Source: a virus. From it: DNA of 64,000 bases. Below, piece by piece: positions 1-9,745 of this stretch (positions are counted from its first letter, which is position 1; the number at the start of each line of letters is the position of its first letter). The notes below the pieces were generated by a model. The model worked only from the letters and a program-made list of their open reading frames with translations, was not told the DNA's origin and made no database searches. The DNA lies in the IMG/VR virus record IMGVR_UViG_3300035698_008372, positions 32,001-96,000 of that record. The stretch is one strand, 5' to 3'. Made by a program: the position numbers and the translations under genes.

Positions 1-46
1 GCTCGTATGAAGTGGGTATTGATCCCTACGCACGGAACTTGTAATC

Positions 47-487
47 ATGACAAATAATTATATGGTATCGGGTAGTGTGGGGGGTTTCTACGGCGGGTCT
101 GTTCCATCTGGGTGGGTGCAAATGCAATACGATGTGCCGAAACCATTCACAGAATGGGAATCTAAAATTGGAAAATCTAACAATTGGTGAAATGGTGTAA
201 ATGCAATCCCAGAATTTAAATCCAAGATACCAAGAAAAAACCCGTGGCTGGATATGTGGTATCCAAAGGTAACCATCGCGATGGTTGGTTTGCCGGCTGT
301 AAGGAATGCATTTCCTCAACAAATAGCTCAACAAATAGTCAGTGTTCAACCTATGGGAACCCCAAAAGGGGTGACATACTATATGGATGAAATTTATGAA
401 AAAAATAAATATAAACGGGCGTGGAATAAATTCAAACGATTATGCCAATTTGGGACAACCAAACTATTTATTGGAAAGCAAAAATAA
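47..487 (+). CDS. Small protein carrying a major-capsid (gp23)-like segment; one in-frame TGA at 188
   Basis: ATG 47 is in frame with ORF 254..487 across TGA 188-190; LPAVRNAFPQQIAQQIVSVQPMGTPKGVTYYMD resembles the T4-type MCP motif. Confidence 0.55.
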
Positions 488-527
488 CGGTTGACTTTGT
501 CATAAATATCTTGTATCTTCAAGTATG
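481..527 (+). promoter_or_regulatory. Early sigma70-type promoter (repeat family, copy 1)
   Basis: AAAATAACGG-TTGACT-17 nt-TATCTT. Confidence 0.85.
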
Positions 528-544
528 AAAAGAAAAGGAATATT

Positions 545-751
545 ATGGATTTATTAGACAAAATTATAGCTTATGAACAAGGTGAACTTGGGAGTGACGC
601 AACGATTGATTTATTTTCGGAACTGGTAATAAGTGGCCAAGCATGGTCATTACAGGGTCATTATGGCCGAACCGCTTCCCAATTGGTTACTGAAGGTTTC
701 TTAGCTGAAACTGGTGAGGTTTTAAGATATTTCGACAGTGAGGTGGCATAA
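545..751 (+). CDS. Small early phage protein
   Basis: ORF with AAGGA SD directly after early promoter. Confidence 0.75.
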   Translation: MDLLDKIIAYEQGELGSDATIDLFSELVISGQAWSLQGHYGRTASQLVTEGFLAETGEVLRYFDSEVA

Positions 752-906
752 TGTGGTATCGCATCAAATACCGTGTCGCGATGGCATGGATTAACGCAAT
801 TCTATTAGGAGATTTAATAATGGAAAAATTACAATGGGTAAAGTTTTACACAATTCAATCAACCGTATATGTACTATACGGGTTAAATTCGGTAATTAGA
901 GTATAA

Positions 907-1104
907 TTGATGAATAAATATATTAATAAGTATTTTGAATGGGTCACGTCGTTTAGTACGGGGCAACGATTTATGATATTTGTATCATTATTTGCTCTGG
1001 CCATAGTAGTTAATGTAAACGGAGCGGTGTGGCTGGGGTATCCTATGCTTTTTCTAGCTGGAAACTTTTTTCCATCGTCACTATTATTTAAAGGAAAAAG
1101 ATAA
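907..1104 (+). CDS. Small membrane protein
   Basis: Two hydrophobic segments. Confidence 0.55.
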   Translation: MMNKYINKYFEWVTSFSTGQRFMIFVSLFALAIVVNVNGAVWLGYPMLFLAGNFFPSSLLFKGKR

Positions 1105-1105
1105 A

Positions 1106-1336
1106 ATGCGTTCCGTCATTTTAAAGAGTAAAGAATCAATTATAGTGGGTGACCACATCTATCAAATGGATGAACAGGGTGAACCCAACAGGGATATTGA
1201 ACCGATCCACATTGAATTGGCGGCATGTAGTGATGACTATTTAAAGTCATTGTCACAAATGGAATTATTGGCGTTCGCTAATTATTTCAGTGAATATAGA
1301 GAAGTTTACTTCGGAGGGTACACATTCAATGCTTAA
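1106..1336 (+). CDS. Hypothetical protein
   Basis: ORF with SD in operon. Confidence 0.6.
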   Translation: MRSVILKSKESIIVGDHIYQMDEQGEPNRDIEPIHIELAACSDDYLKSLSQMELLAFANYFSEYREVYFGGYTFNA

Positions 1337-1640
1337 TACGGAAGAAGCATATAAGACAGTAATTGACATTTTGATATCATATTCCGATACTCAGAAACTT
1401 GAGTTGTTCCACTATATCGCCAAGAACTACCCCGATTCTATGGCCGATTCGGCAATGGAAATGTATGGTGGTATAGTTTCTGGTGAAAAGGTTTCCGCGG
1501 AAATTATTGAATATCTAAGGCAGAATAAAAAAATTAACGCTATTAAGGTGTACCGATCAACGTCTGGTATGGGGTTAAAGGAATCTAAGGATTTTATTGA
1601 CGAGGTTGATAGGGACTTACGCAGAAGAGGAATAATTTAA
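1329..1640 (+). CDS. Protein with ribosomal L7/L12 C-terminal-like domain
   Basis: KKINAIKVYRSTSGMGLKESKDFID matches the L7/L12 CTD pattern. Confidence 0.7.
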   Translation: MLNTEEAYKTVIDILISYSDTQKLELFHYIAKNYPDSMADSAMEMYGGIVSGEKVSAEIIEYLRQNKKINAIKVYRSTSGMGLKESKDFIDEVDRDLRRRGII

Positions 1641-1957
1641 TGCCAGTAATGGATAAAAATGAGTTGCCAAAAAGACAGCGATTGCAGATTGATTTGGACG
1701 GTCCCGATGGTAACGCTTTTGTTATATTAGGTTACACCAAATCCCTTTGCAAATCGGTTGGGTACAATGAACAACAGGCAAAGAAAATTTCAGCTGAAAT
1801 GAAGGAATCCGATTATGATCACTTATTATTGGTATTCTTGAAATATTTCGACGCTTATGTGGATATATGGACTTCCAATGCAGACCTACTCAAAACATTG
1901 AATGATCATGTGAAACACAAAATGTTTGCAGACGATATATTGGAACATGAAGATTGA
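1640..1957 (+). CDS. Conserved phage hypothetical protein (ends in TGA)
   Basis: IDLDGPDGNAFVILG motif typical of small phage proteins. Confidence 0.7.
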   Translation: MPVMDKNELPKRQRLQIDLDGPDGNAFVILGYTKSLCKSVGYNEQQAKKISAEMKESDYDHLLLVFLKYFDAYVDIWTSNADLLKTLNDHVKHKMFADDILEHED

Positions 1958-1977
1958 TCATATTCCGAATGAAAATA

Positions 1978-2002
1978 AAAAAGGCTCGTGAGAGCTTTTT
2001 TT
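1978..2002 (+). terminator. Intrinsic terminator
   Basis: GGCTC-gtga-GAGCT hairpin followed by T-run. Confidence 0.7.
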
Positions 2003-2087
2003 GTGCCCAAAATTAATTTTGTTGATACTTAATTATAAGGGAATTACATGACTTAGTACCACATTTGCCGAATAAAGGAGAAATGTT

Positions 2088-2723
2088 ATGGCTAAGAAAA
2101 AAGCAAGTGGAGTTACAGAAATTATAATCGTATTGGATCGTTCAGGTTCAATGGGTGGTATTCGACTGGATACTATTGAAGGATTTAACAAATTTTTAGA
2201 AGATCAAAGGAAATTGGGTATCAATGGCAGAATGACATTGGCACAATTTGACGATAATTATCAGCTCGATTATGAGGGTGTGGATATCAATGATGTTAAA
2301 TATTTAGATGAATATACATACGAGCCACGGGGTATGACTGCATTATTTGATGCAGTTGGTAAAACCATTAATGACACCAAAAAAAGACTAAAAACGAATC
2401 CAGTAGATAATGTCGTATTTGTGGTGATAACAGATGGTCACGAAAACGCGAGCCAAGAGTTCAATCAAGAATCAGCATTCAAGATGATTACGGAATGTAA
2501 AGATGATAATGGCTGGGAATTTGTATTTTTAGGTGCGAATCAAGACGCTATTCAATCTGGTGGGCACATCGGCGTTAGGGCAGCAACTTCGGCCACATTT
2601 GATACATCGAATATACGCGCCGCGTATGATTCCCTTTCAAGTAATGTCAGGTCGTATAGATCAACGGGTGTTTCTGGAAGTTTGGATTGGTCGCAGGCTC
2701 AAAGGAAATCATTGGTAGAGTAG
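2088..2723 (+). CDS. von Willebrand factor A domain protein
   Basis: MIDAS motifs DRSGSM, GMTAL, ITDGHEN. Confidence 0.9.
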   Translation: MAKKKASGVTEIIIVLDRSGSMGGIRLDTIEGFNKFLEDQRKLGINGRMTLAQFDDNYQLDYEGVDINDVKYLDEYTYEPRGMTALFDAVGKTINDTKKRLKTNPVDNVVFVVITDGHENASQEFNQESAFKMITECKDDNGWEFVFLGANQDAIQSGGHIGVRAATSATFDTSNIRAAYDSLSSNVRSYRSTGVSGSLDWSQAQRKSLVE

Positions 2724-2726
2724 CGG

Positions 2727-2969
2727 TTAGAAACCGTACTTGTTCCATATTTCATTGGAACGCTCGAATGTCAATCGGATATGTTCTTCGGACAAGGGGT
2801 ATCCAGAATTAAATACCGCTATAGATGCGACTGAATGGGATATATGTGCCTCCAGCCCATTCAGTTGATCTTCGGTTAGTTTATCCCTGTCCAAAGCTTT
2901 CAATTTTTCATGCAGTGTTTTTAATTTTTCTATTACTTCACTCATTTCGGCCTTTCTGGTGTTATTCAT
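2727..2969 (-). CDS. Hypothetical early protein, leaderless
   Basis: ATG lies 5 nt after the -10 box of a minus-strand early promoter. Confidence 0.7.
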   Translation of the reverse strand: MNNTRKAEMSEVIEKLKTLHEKLKALDRDKLTEDQLNGLEAHISHSVASIAVFNSGYPLSEEHIRLTFERSNEIWNKYGF

Positions 2970-3005
2970 ACCACAAGATACAAGATAAATATGACAAAGT
3001 CAACA
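2970..3005 (-). promoter_or_regulatory. Early promoter copy (minus strand)
   Basis: Reverse complement TTGACTTTGTCATATTTATCTTGTATCTT. Confidence 0.8.
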
Positions 3006-3070
3006 CTTTTTTCGCGTAAAATTACCTTTTTGATATTTATATGTGAATAAACTTATTTAGGAGAAACATA

Positions 3071-3640
3071 GTGAGCTATACTTTTTATAGAGACAAAGAA
3101 TCCATTTTTGAGTGTGACGTTAAGGTAGATGGAGCAAGTCTTAGTGATACATCGGCACGATTAATTTTGACATTTGAAAATGGCCTTACAACATTGTATG
3201 AGGGTACAGTTAAAATATCAGGGGATTGCGAGATTAAAATTCCGGCTATTAAGGAAAAATTAACTGAATCTGAAGTGGGCGCCGCGACATTGGAAGTCAT
3301 AGCAGAATCCACAGTTTTCAAACCGTGGACATCGGATTTTACATTAAAGCGGAGCAAAATTGTCACAGTCGAAGTTGCCGACAAAAAGAAGACTCCTTCA
3401 AAACCAAAATTATCGGTTGAAGTAAAGCGGCCGGGACAACACAAAGATGAAATAATATTGGAAAAAATCCAAGAAATGTTGGCGTCAACAAAGAAAACCC
3501 AATTAAGAGAATTGGTCAGAGAATTTAAGGGTATAGATATGTCCAGAGATGCCCAAAAGTGGTTAAAGCGTGTATTGCCTAATGACAAAACACATACGTC
3601 ATCATTGATTGGTAAACTATACGATTCACTAAGTAAATAG
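3071..3640 (+). CDS. Hypothetical (probably virion) protein
   Basis: AGGAG SD; first gene of neck operon after GATATTTATAT motif. Confidence 0.7.
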   Translation: MSYTFYRDKESIFECDVKVDGASLSDTSARLILTFENGLTTLYEGTVKISGDCEIKIPAIKEKLTESEVGAATLEVIAESTVFKPWTSDFTLKRSKIVTVEVADKKKTPSKPKLSVEVKRPGQHKDEIILEKIQEMLASTKKTQLRELVREFKGIDMSRDAQKWLKRVLPNDKTHTSSLIGKLYDSLSK

Positions 3641-3651
3641 GAGAATATATA

Positions 3652-4818
3652 ATGGCCGATTTATTACCAATAGCAATATGACCTGGTAGTGGTTCTGCGG
3701 TAAGCGGTTCAACTCCATACGGATTTTACGATGGGGATACATCTTTTCAATCGGATGCACCCAAGTTCGCCAATTGGTCGGCTAGAACAATGGGATATCC
3801 TATTGTGGAAATTGAGATGCAGGATATTAACTTTTATGCGGCATTTGAAGATTCAGTAAATGAATATTCATCCCATGTGAATCAAATCAATATTAGGGAC
3901 AATCTGTTACATTTACAGGGTCAACCAACAAGTTCAAATATTAGTCAAAATGTGGTGACTCCCACATTGAGTAGGACTGTATTTCTATCACAGCAGTATG
4001 GTTCTGAAACAGGGGCAGGTGGGTTTGTCGATTGGAAAATGGGGCATATCACAGCGACTCCACTTACAAATGAATATGATTTAAATGTGTTATATGCTGA
4101 CGTATCAGAAAGTGGTGCGGCTATTGAGGTCAAGAGGGTATTTCATGATGGAACACCCGCTATCACGCGTTATTTTGACCCCTACGCTGGAACAGGTGCC
4201 GGATCGTATAACATGATGGATAACTTTGGTTGGGGAAATATGACCCCAGCCGTTCAATTTATGATGATGCCCATTTATGCGGATTTATTGAGAATTCAGG
4301 CTATCGAATTTAACGATCAAATCAGAAAAAGTGCATATCACTTTGAGATAAGAAATAACAAATTGAAACTATTTCCAATACCAACTCAATATTTTGAGGT
4401 ATGGTTTGAATATATAGTAAGGGCTGACAGGGATGGTGCACTGGTAGCACCTTATGGTGAAACCACCACTGGTAAAATATCCGATTACTCCAATATACCA
4501 TATAACAACATGACATACGCTTCAATCAATTCGGTTGGTAGACAATGGATACGCAAGTATGCTCTTGCTAGTGCAAGGGAAATATTGGGTGATATCCGAA
4601 GCAAATTTGGGTCAATCCCAATTCCAAATTCAGAAGTTCAGTTGGATGGTGAAACCATGCGAGCAGAGGCAATTGCCGAAAAAGAGCGGCTTGTTACTGA
4701 GTTAAGGGAAACATTGGAGGCAATTAGTAGGAAAGCACTAATGGAAGCTGATAAAGAAGAAGCAGAAAATTTACAGGATAAACTAAACAAGATTCCGATT
4801 CACATTTACATAGGATAA
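3652..4818 (+). CDS. Neck/head-tail adaptor protein (T4 gp13-like); in-frame TGA at 3679 read as Trp
   Basis: SD AGGAG before ATG 3652; I[W]PGSGS...TPYGFYD; LGYPIVEIE- and WIRKYALA-type motifs. Confidence 0.85.
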
Positions 4819-4822
4819 TATT

Positions 4823-5308
4823 ATGACAGGTAGATTTATGACAGGTCGGGATTTGAAACTCTTTGATCGGATCAATAAAGAATTAATAGGTGATTTAGGC
4901 CAAGCAAAACCCGGTTGGATAAATCAGACTGCCATATTATATAAGGTATCCGTAAGCGATACCAAAGTGGATATGTACGGAGAAAGCTCGGATGGTAAAG
5001 TATGGAAATCGGGGGTAGAATTTGCATGTCTCATTGACGCCGAAGATTTCGATTGGAGTAATGAAGCATACGGTACTGATGAGGGGCAAAATGTGTCATT
5101 CTATCTAATGAGGGATGCACTGGTACAGGCCAGCATTGTACCACAACAGGGCGATATATTTGAATGGAATTTCGGATATTTTGAGATAAACGGGATCAAT
5201 GAAAATCAACTTATATATGGGGATGTAGAAAACAATTGGTCGGCTGGATATTCTTGTCATAGGATAAGAAAATCCAATGTGAACATCGAAAGAGTTAGGA
5301 GCAATTAA
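4823..5308 (+). CDS. Head closure/neck protein (gp14-like)
   Basis: Position after neck gene; DMYGES and GDIFEW motifs. Confidence 0.65.
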   Translation: MTGRFMTGRDLKLFDRINKELIGDLGQAKPGWINQTAILYKVSVSDTKVDMYGESSDGKVWKSGVEFACLIDAEDFDWSNEAYGTDEGQNVSFYLMRDALVQASIVPQQGDIFEWNFGYFEINGINENQLIYGDVENNWSAGYSCHRIRKSNVNIERVRSN

Positions 5309-5793
5309 TGAAAAAATCAGAATTAAGACAGATGATAAGAGAAGAAATTCAGAAATTAACTGAAGGGCAAGTAAAAATTTGGAAATCTCCTCAAGGTGTG
5401 CTAAGACGAAATAAAGATTGGTCATACTCTGTTTTCAAATCTATGGATGATATGGACGCAAATAAAGCGGTTTTGTCAAATGTTAGCATGGACGACTTGG
5501 CTTCATGGGGAGCTAAAAACAAGAAACAATTTAAGGCTATGGGATTGAGTGGGTTCACCGAATCTATAACCGAAGAAGTCAAAGAACCACCATTGATAAC
5601 CAAAATTCGGTGGATTGTGGACAATAAGCAATTCAAAAAAATTAACGGACAAGTGGTTGATGCTTTCACCGCACAACACGTAATTCAGGTGTACGATGCG
5701 CTTGGTGATAAAAACAAAGAGCAATTTGGCAAGATGAAATTAGAACCTATGGTTAACCTTACATGGAAACTATTTAAAAAGGTAGGAAAATAG
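5308..5793 (+). CDS. Probable internal head protein with MKKSELRQxIREEIQKL leader
   Basis: N-terminal leader shared with next ORF. Confidence 0.55.
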   Translation: MKKSELRQMIREEIQKLTEGQVKIWKSPQGVLRRNKDWSYSVFKSMDDMDANKAVLSNVSMDDLASWGAKNKKQFKAMGLSGFTESITEEVKEPPLITKIRWIVDNKQFKKINGQVVDAFTAQHVIQVYDALGDKNKEQFGKMKLEPMVNLTWKLFKKVGK

Positions 5794-5794
5794 T

Positions 5795-6025
5795 ATGAAA
5801 AAATCAGAATTAAGACAAATAATTAGAGAAGAAATTCAGAAATTGGATGAAAAGGCTTTTGACAAACCCAAATATATTCGACACATCAATGTGCCCCCTA
5901 ATAATATCAATGTGATATTATACAATGATAGAATCCAAATCGTCGGCGGCCACACTGGTTATGAAGAATATATTATGATTGACGAATTGCCCGATCTTAT
6001 AAAAGCACTTAAAAAAATAAAATAG
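5795..6025 (+). CDS. Small protein with the same MKKSELRQ leader
   Basis: Near-identical first 17 codons to 5308 ORF. Confidence 0.55.
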   Translation: MKKSELRQIIREEIQKLDEKAFDKPKYIRHINVPPNNINVILYNDRIQIVGGHTGYEEYIMIDELPDLIKALKKIK

Positions 6026-6034
6026 GAATAAAAC

Positions 6035-6829
6035 ATGGCAACTCGGACAAAACCACAACCTCGGTCTGAAAGACAAACTAAAGGTCGGGTAGTAAATAGG
6101 GCAGAACAAACAACTCGTAAAGGTGATACAAGTCCAAATGTATCTATAGGGTTAATGGATATTGATGCCGCAATTATGTACTACTTTCAGGAAGTGATAA
6201 AACCAACAGTTGTTGATAACGGAGAACAAGTTAATGTTCCAGTTATATACGCCAACCCCGAAAGGTGGAAAGCGGCACAAGTTGACGGTTTTATGAGGGA
6301 CAACAAACGCCAAATTATTATTCCAGCTATAGCATTCCGCAGAACTGGGGTTGAAAAAGACGACTCAATGCCGGTGGATAAACTGGATGCCAACGACCCA
6401 AAACTACATTACACATTTGAAAAGAAATATACACAAAAGAACAGATACAGTAATTTTTCTGTATTACAGGGTGCCCTACCGCAACGAGAATACTACAATG
6501 TAGTTATGCCAGATTATGTTACATTAAACTATGAATGCACATTGTGGACAACTTATACAGAACAGATGAATACACTTGTTGAAAAGATAAACTATACTGA
6601 TGGAGCTTATTGGGGTGAACCAAGCAAGTTTAAGTTTCGTACAGAATTGAGTGGTTTTGATGACGCAAGTGAATATGACGACGGGGAACGCAAAATTAAA
6701 ATGGGTTTTACACTCACAGTTAAAGGTTATTTGATACCAGAATCGTTCAATGATTATATAACTACAATCAGAACATATTCACCCAAAACAATCAATATGG
6801 GTGTATCTTTTAAGGAAAATATAACTTAA
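6035..6829 (+). CDS. Tail terminator / sheath stabiliser (gp15-like)
   Basis: VPVIYANPERW and PDYVTLNY motifs; position before sheath. Confidence 0.75.
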   Translation: MATRTKPQPRSERQTKGRVVNRAEQTTRKGDTSPNVSIGLMDIDAAIMYYFQEVIKPTVVDNGEQVNVPVIYANPERWKAAQVDGFMRDNKRQIIIPAIAFRRTGVEKDDSMPVDKLDANDPKLHYTFEKKYTQKNRYSNFSVLQGALPQREYYNVVMPDYVTLNYECTLWTTYTEQMNTLVEKINYTDGAYWGEPSKFKFRTELSGFDDASEYDDGERKIKMGFTLTVKGYLIPESFNDYITTIRTYSPKTINMGVSFKENIT

Positions 6830-6931
6830 ACTAAAAAAAATTAACAAAACAGCGAGTTTTGGTAATACTGCTTGATATATATTATTAAAGCAGTAATAAA
6901 AACAGTTACTAAATAAACAAGGAGAAAAGTT

Positions 6932-7225
6932 ATGACTGAAGTAGATGCAAAGATTAAATTTTCAGAAGAGGAAATGGAATCATTAAAGGGATTAAGTTCT
7001 GGATACCAAGCGATCCAGTTTGAGTTTGGACAATTACGAATTAGGAAGATGGCGCTTAAAGCTGAATTGGATGGAGTTGAACTTCGTGGTGACGAACTAG
7101 AAAACGAATATCGCAAACAACAAGAAACCGAACAAACTCTAGTTAAAGAATTAACAGACAAGTACGGCCCAGGTACTCTTAATCCAGAGACGGGCGAATT
7201 TATGCCCACACCAACAGAAGGATAA
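6932..7225 (+). CDS. Coiled-coil hypothetical protein
   Basis: KYGPGTLNPETGEF C-terminus common in such phages. Confidence 0.7.
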   Translation: MTEVDAKIKFSEEEMESLKGLSSGYQAIQFEFGQLRIRKMALKAELDGVELRGDELENEYRKQQETEQTLVKELTDKYGPGTLNPETGEFMPTPTEG

Positions 7226-7251
7226 TATCCTTATAAATTAGGAGAATACAA

Positions 7252-9630
7252 ATGGCCGAAAGAATAGTTTCCCCCGGTGTTTTCACCAACGAAACTGATC
7301 TATCGTTTCTTCCACAAGGAATTTCCGAAATCGGTGCCGCAATTGTTGGGCCTACAGTAAAAGGGCCAGCATTTGTACCAACCGTTATTCGAAGTTTCCA
7401 GCAGTTTGAGGAAGTTTTCGGTACGACTGATAATCGTTATTATACACCGTATGCAGTAGAACAATATTTAAGAAGCGCGGGGTCAGTGACCATCGTTCGC
7501 GTTCTTGGATTAGGAGGATATAGTTCAGATTATGTCGCTCTTCAAATATCAAGTTCCGATGGAACTAAAACAGTGGCAGTCATTGCACCATCTCGTGGTG
7601 GATTGAATGGACTGGGAGATTTATCCGCAAGTACAATTACTGGCGACTGATCTTCAGCTACACTAACATTGTCTGGATCGGATACAACCGTAGCGTCATA
7701 CGCGATTTCATTCAATACCGGCAGTGCAAATTACATTGAAAATGTGATAAGCTCTAGTCCACAGGTTCAAACTTCTGGACAAACCACATTGGCCGGATAT
7801 CTTTACAAAAATTACAAAACATATCAATCTAGTCAGGGTCTTGATTCTAACGCTTCCGCTTCAGTGGCAAGTGGTACTATGAATTTTGCTTTTGATGCGA
7901 CATCTGCAACTGCAGTTGATAATTTAGCTGGGTACACCCCATCTATCCAATCACAGTTAATCAATGGGTCGAGATACAATCTATTTCAGATTTATACTCG
8001 TTCTCATGGGACAGATGTTAATAGTAAATATGTTGTAGTAATTGCAAATGTGAAATCCGCCGCGACTGTTCCGGGTAGCAATTTCGGATCATTTTCATTA
8101 CAAGTTCGCAAGATTGATCAAGTGGCTTGGAAACAAAAGAATGAGACAGTAGTGGAATCGTGGGATGATCTAAATTTCAATCCTACAAGCACTAATTACT
8201 TCGCACGTGTCATTGGTGACAGGTATGCGGATATTGATAACAATGGTAAATTGACATATAACGGTGACTGGCCTAACAAGTCCAATCACATTTATATTAG
8301 AAATTACTCAGCTATTGCCGATGGTTCGGTTCCTGTAACAGTAGTCCCAATGGGATTTGCAGCTGCAAGTGTAACTGATCCAACTACAACAGCTGTACCA
8401 GTGGCGTCATATTTAACCGCACAGGTGAATCCAGATACCAATGTATTTAACTCATCATATTACTATGGTTGGGATAATTCAAAGGATGATAATCGCCAAT
8501 ATCTAGCGCCAGTGCCAAATTCAGCAGGCGTTGGTAACAACGTATCAATGAGTTTAGAAGATATGACTGGTGATGATGCAGCTAGTACCACTGGAAATAC
8601 ATACGCGAGTTCAAGTCAATATATTACATTGACAAATTCAAACATCAAACAGCGTCAATTTGGAGTTCCATTCCAAGGAGCGTTCGATGGTGATAATCCG
8701 GCAAATCCAAAATCGGTCGGTGTGAATATTTCTTCCGCCAACACGATGGGATTCAATCTCACTGATAGTACGACAAGTGGGTCAGTTGCTTACAAAAAGG
8801 CTATTAACGCCGTAAGTAATCCAGATGAATTTGATATCAATATGTTGGTAACTCCAGGTATTATCCACAAGTGGCATAGTATAATTACAAACCATGCCAT
8901 TGACAAAATGGAAGCTAGGGGTGATGCATTTTATGTATTGGACTCGGCTGATATTGATGACGGTATTGATGATGTAACTGATACTATTAGTGCATTAGAT
9001 ACAAATTATGCGGCAACATATTACCCTTGGGTTAAAATTGCCGATAGAAACACTTCACTTCCAGTATGGGTTCCACCAGGAATCGTATTACCGGGTGTAA
9101 TTGCTTATACTGATAGGGTATCCCACGAATGGTTTGCACCAGCAGGTCTAAATCGTGGTGGTCTTACTACAGTTCTTGAAGCAAAAACACGCTTGACACA
9201 TGATGAACGTGATACCCTTTATGAAAATAGAGTTAATCCAATCGCTTCATTCCCAGCACAGGGCGTGGTGGTCTGGGGTCAAAAGACCCTTCAGGCATTA
9301 CCTTCTGCATTGGATCGTGTTAATGTGAGGCGTCTATTAATTAAACTGAAGAAATATATTGCTTCAACATCAAGATACTTGGTATTCGAACAGAACAATT
9401 CTGCAACAAGAACGAGATTTCTAAATATGGTTAATCCATTCTTAGAATCCGTACAGCAGAACAGTGGTTTGACTGCATTTCAAGTTGTGATGGACGAGAC
9501 GAATAATACTCCAGATGTGATTGATAGGAACAAGCTGGTTGGCCAGATTTTTATCCAACCGACTCGGACTGCAGAATTTATAGTCCTTGATTTTATTGTT
9601 GTTCCAACGGGTGCAACTTTTCCTTCATAA
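7252..9630 (+). CDS. Contractile tail sheath protein (gp18-like); in-frame TGA at 7648
   Basis: SPGVF N-terminus, WFAPAGLNRG, VRRLL, QPTRTAEFI; ORFs 7252 and 7669 in the same frame. Confidence 0.95.
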
Positions 9631-9650
9631 AATAACAGTAAAATAAACCT

Positions 9651-9678
9651 AAAAAGCCCTCGATTTATCGGGGGTTTT
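9651..9678 (+). terminator. Intrinsic terminator after sheath
   Basis: GCCCTCGA-ttta-TCGGGGGT + TTT. Confidence 0.7.
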
Positions 9679-9745
9679 GTGTATCTGGTTTATAATTATT
9701 ATTAGTAATTGGTGGTATGGGTTGGTAATAAATAAAGGAATGATA

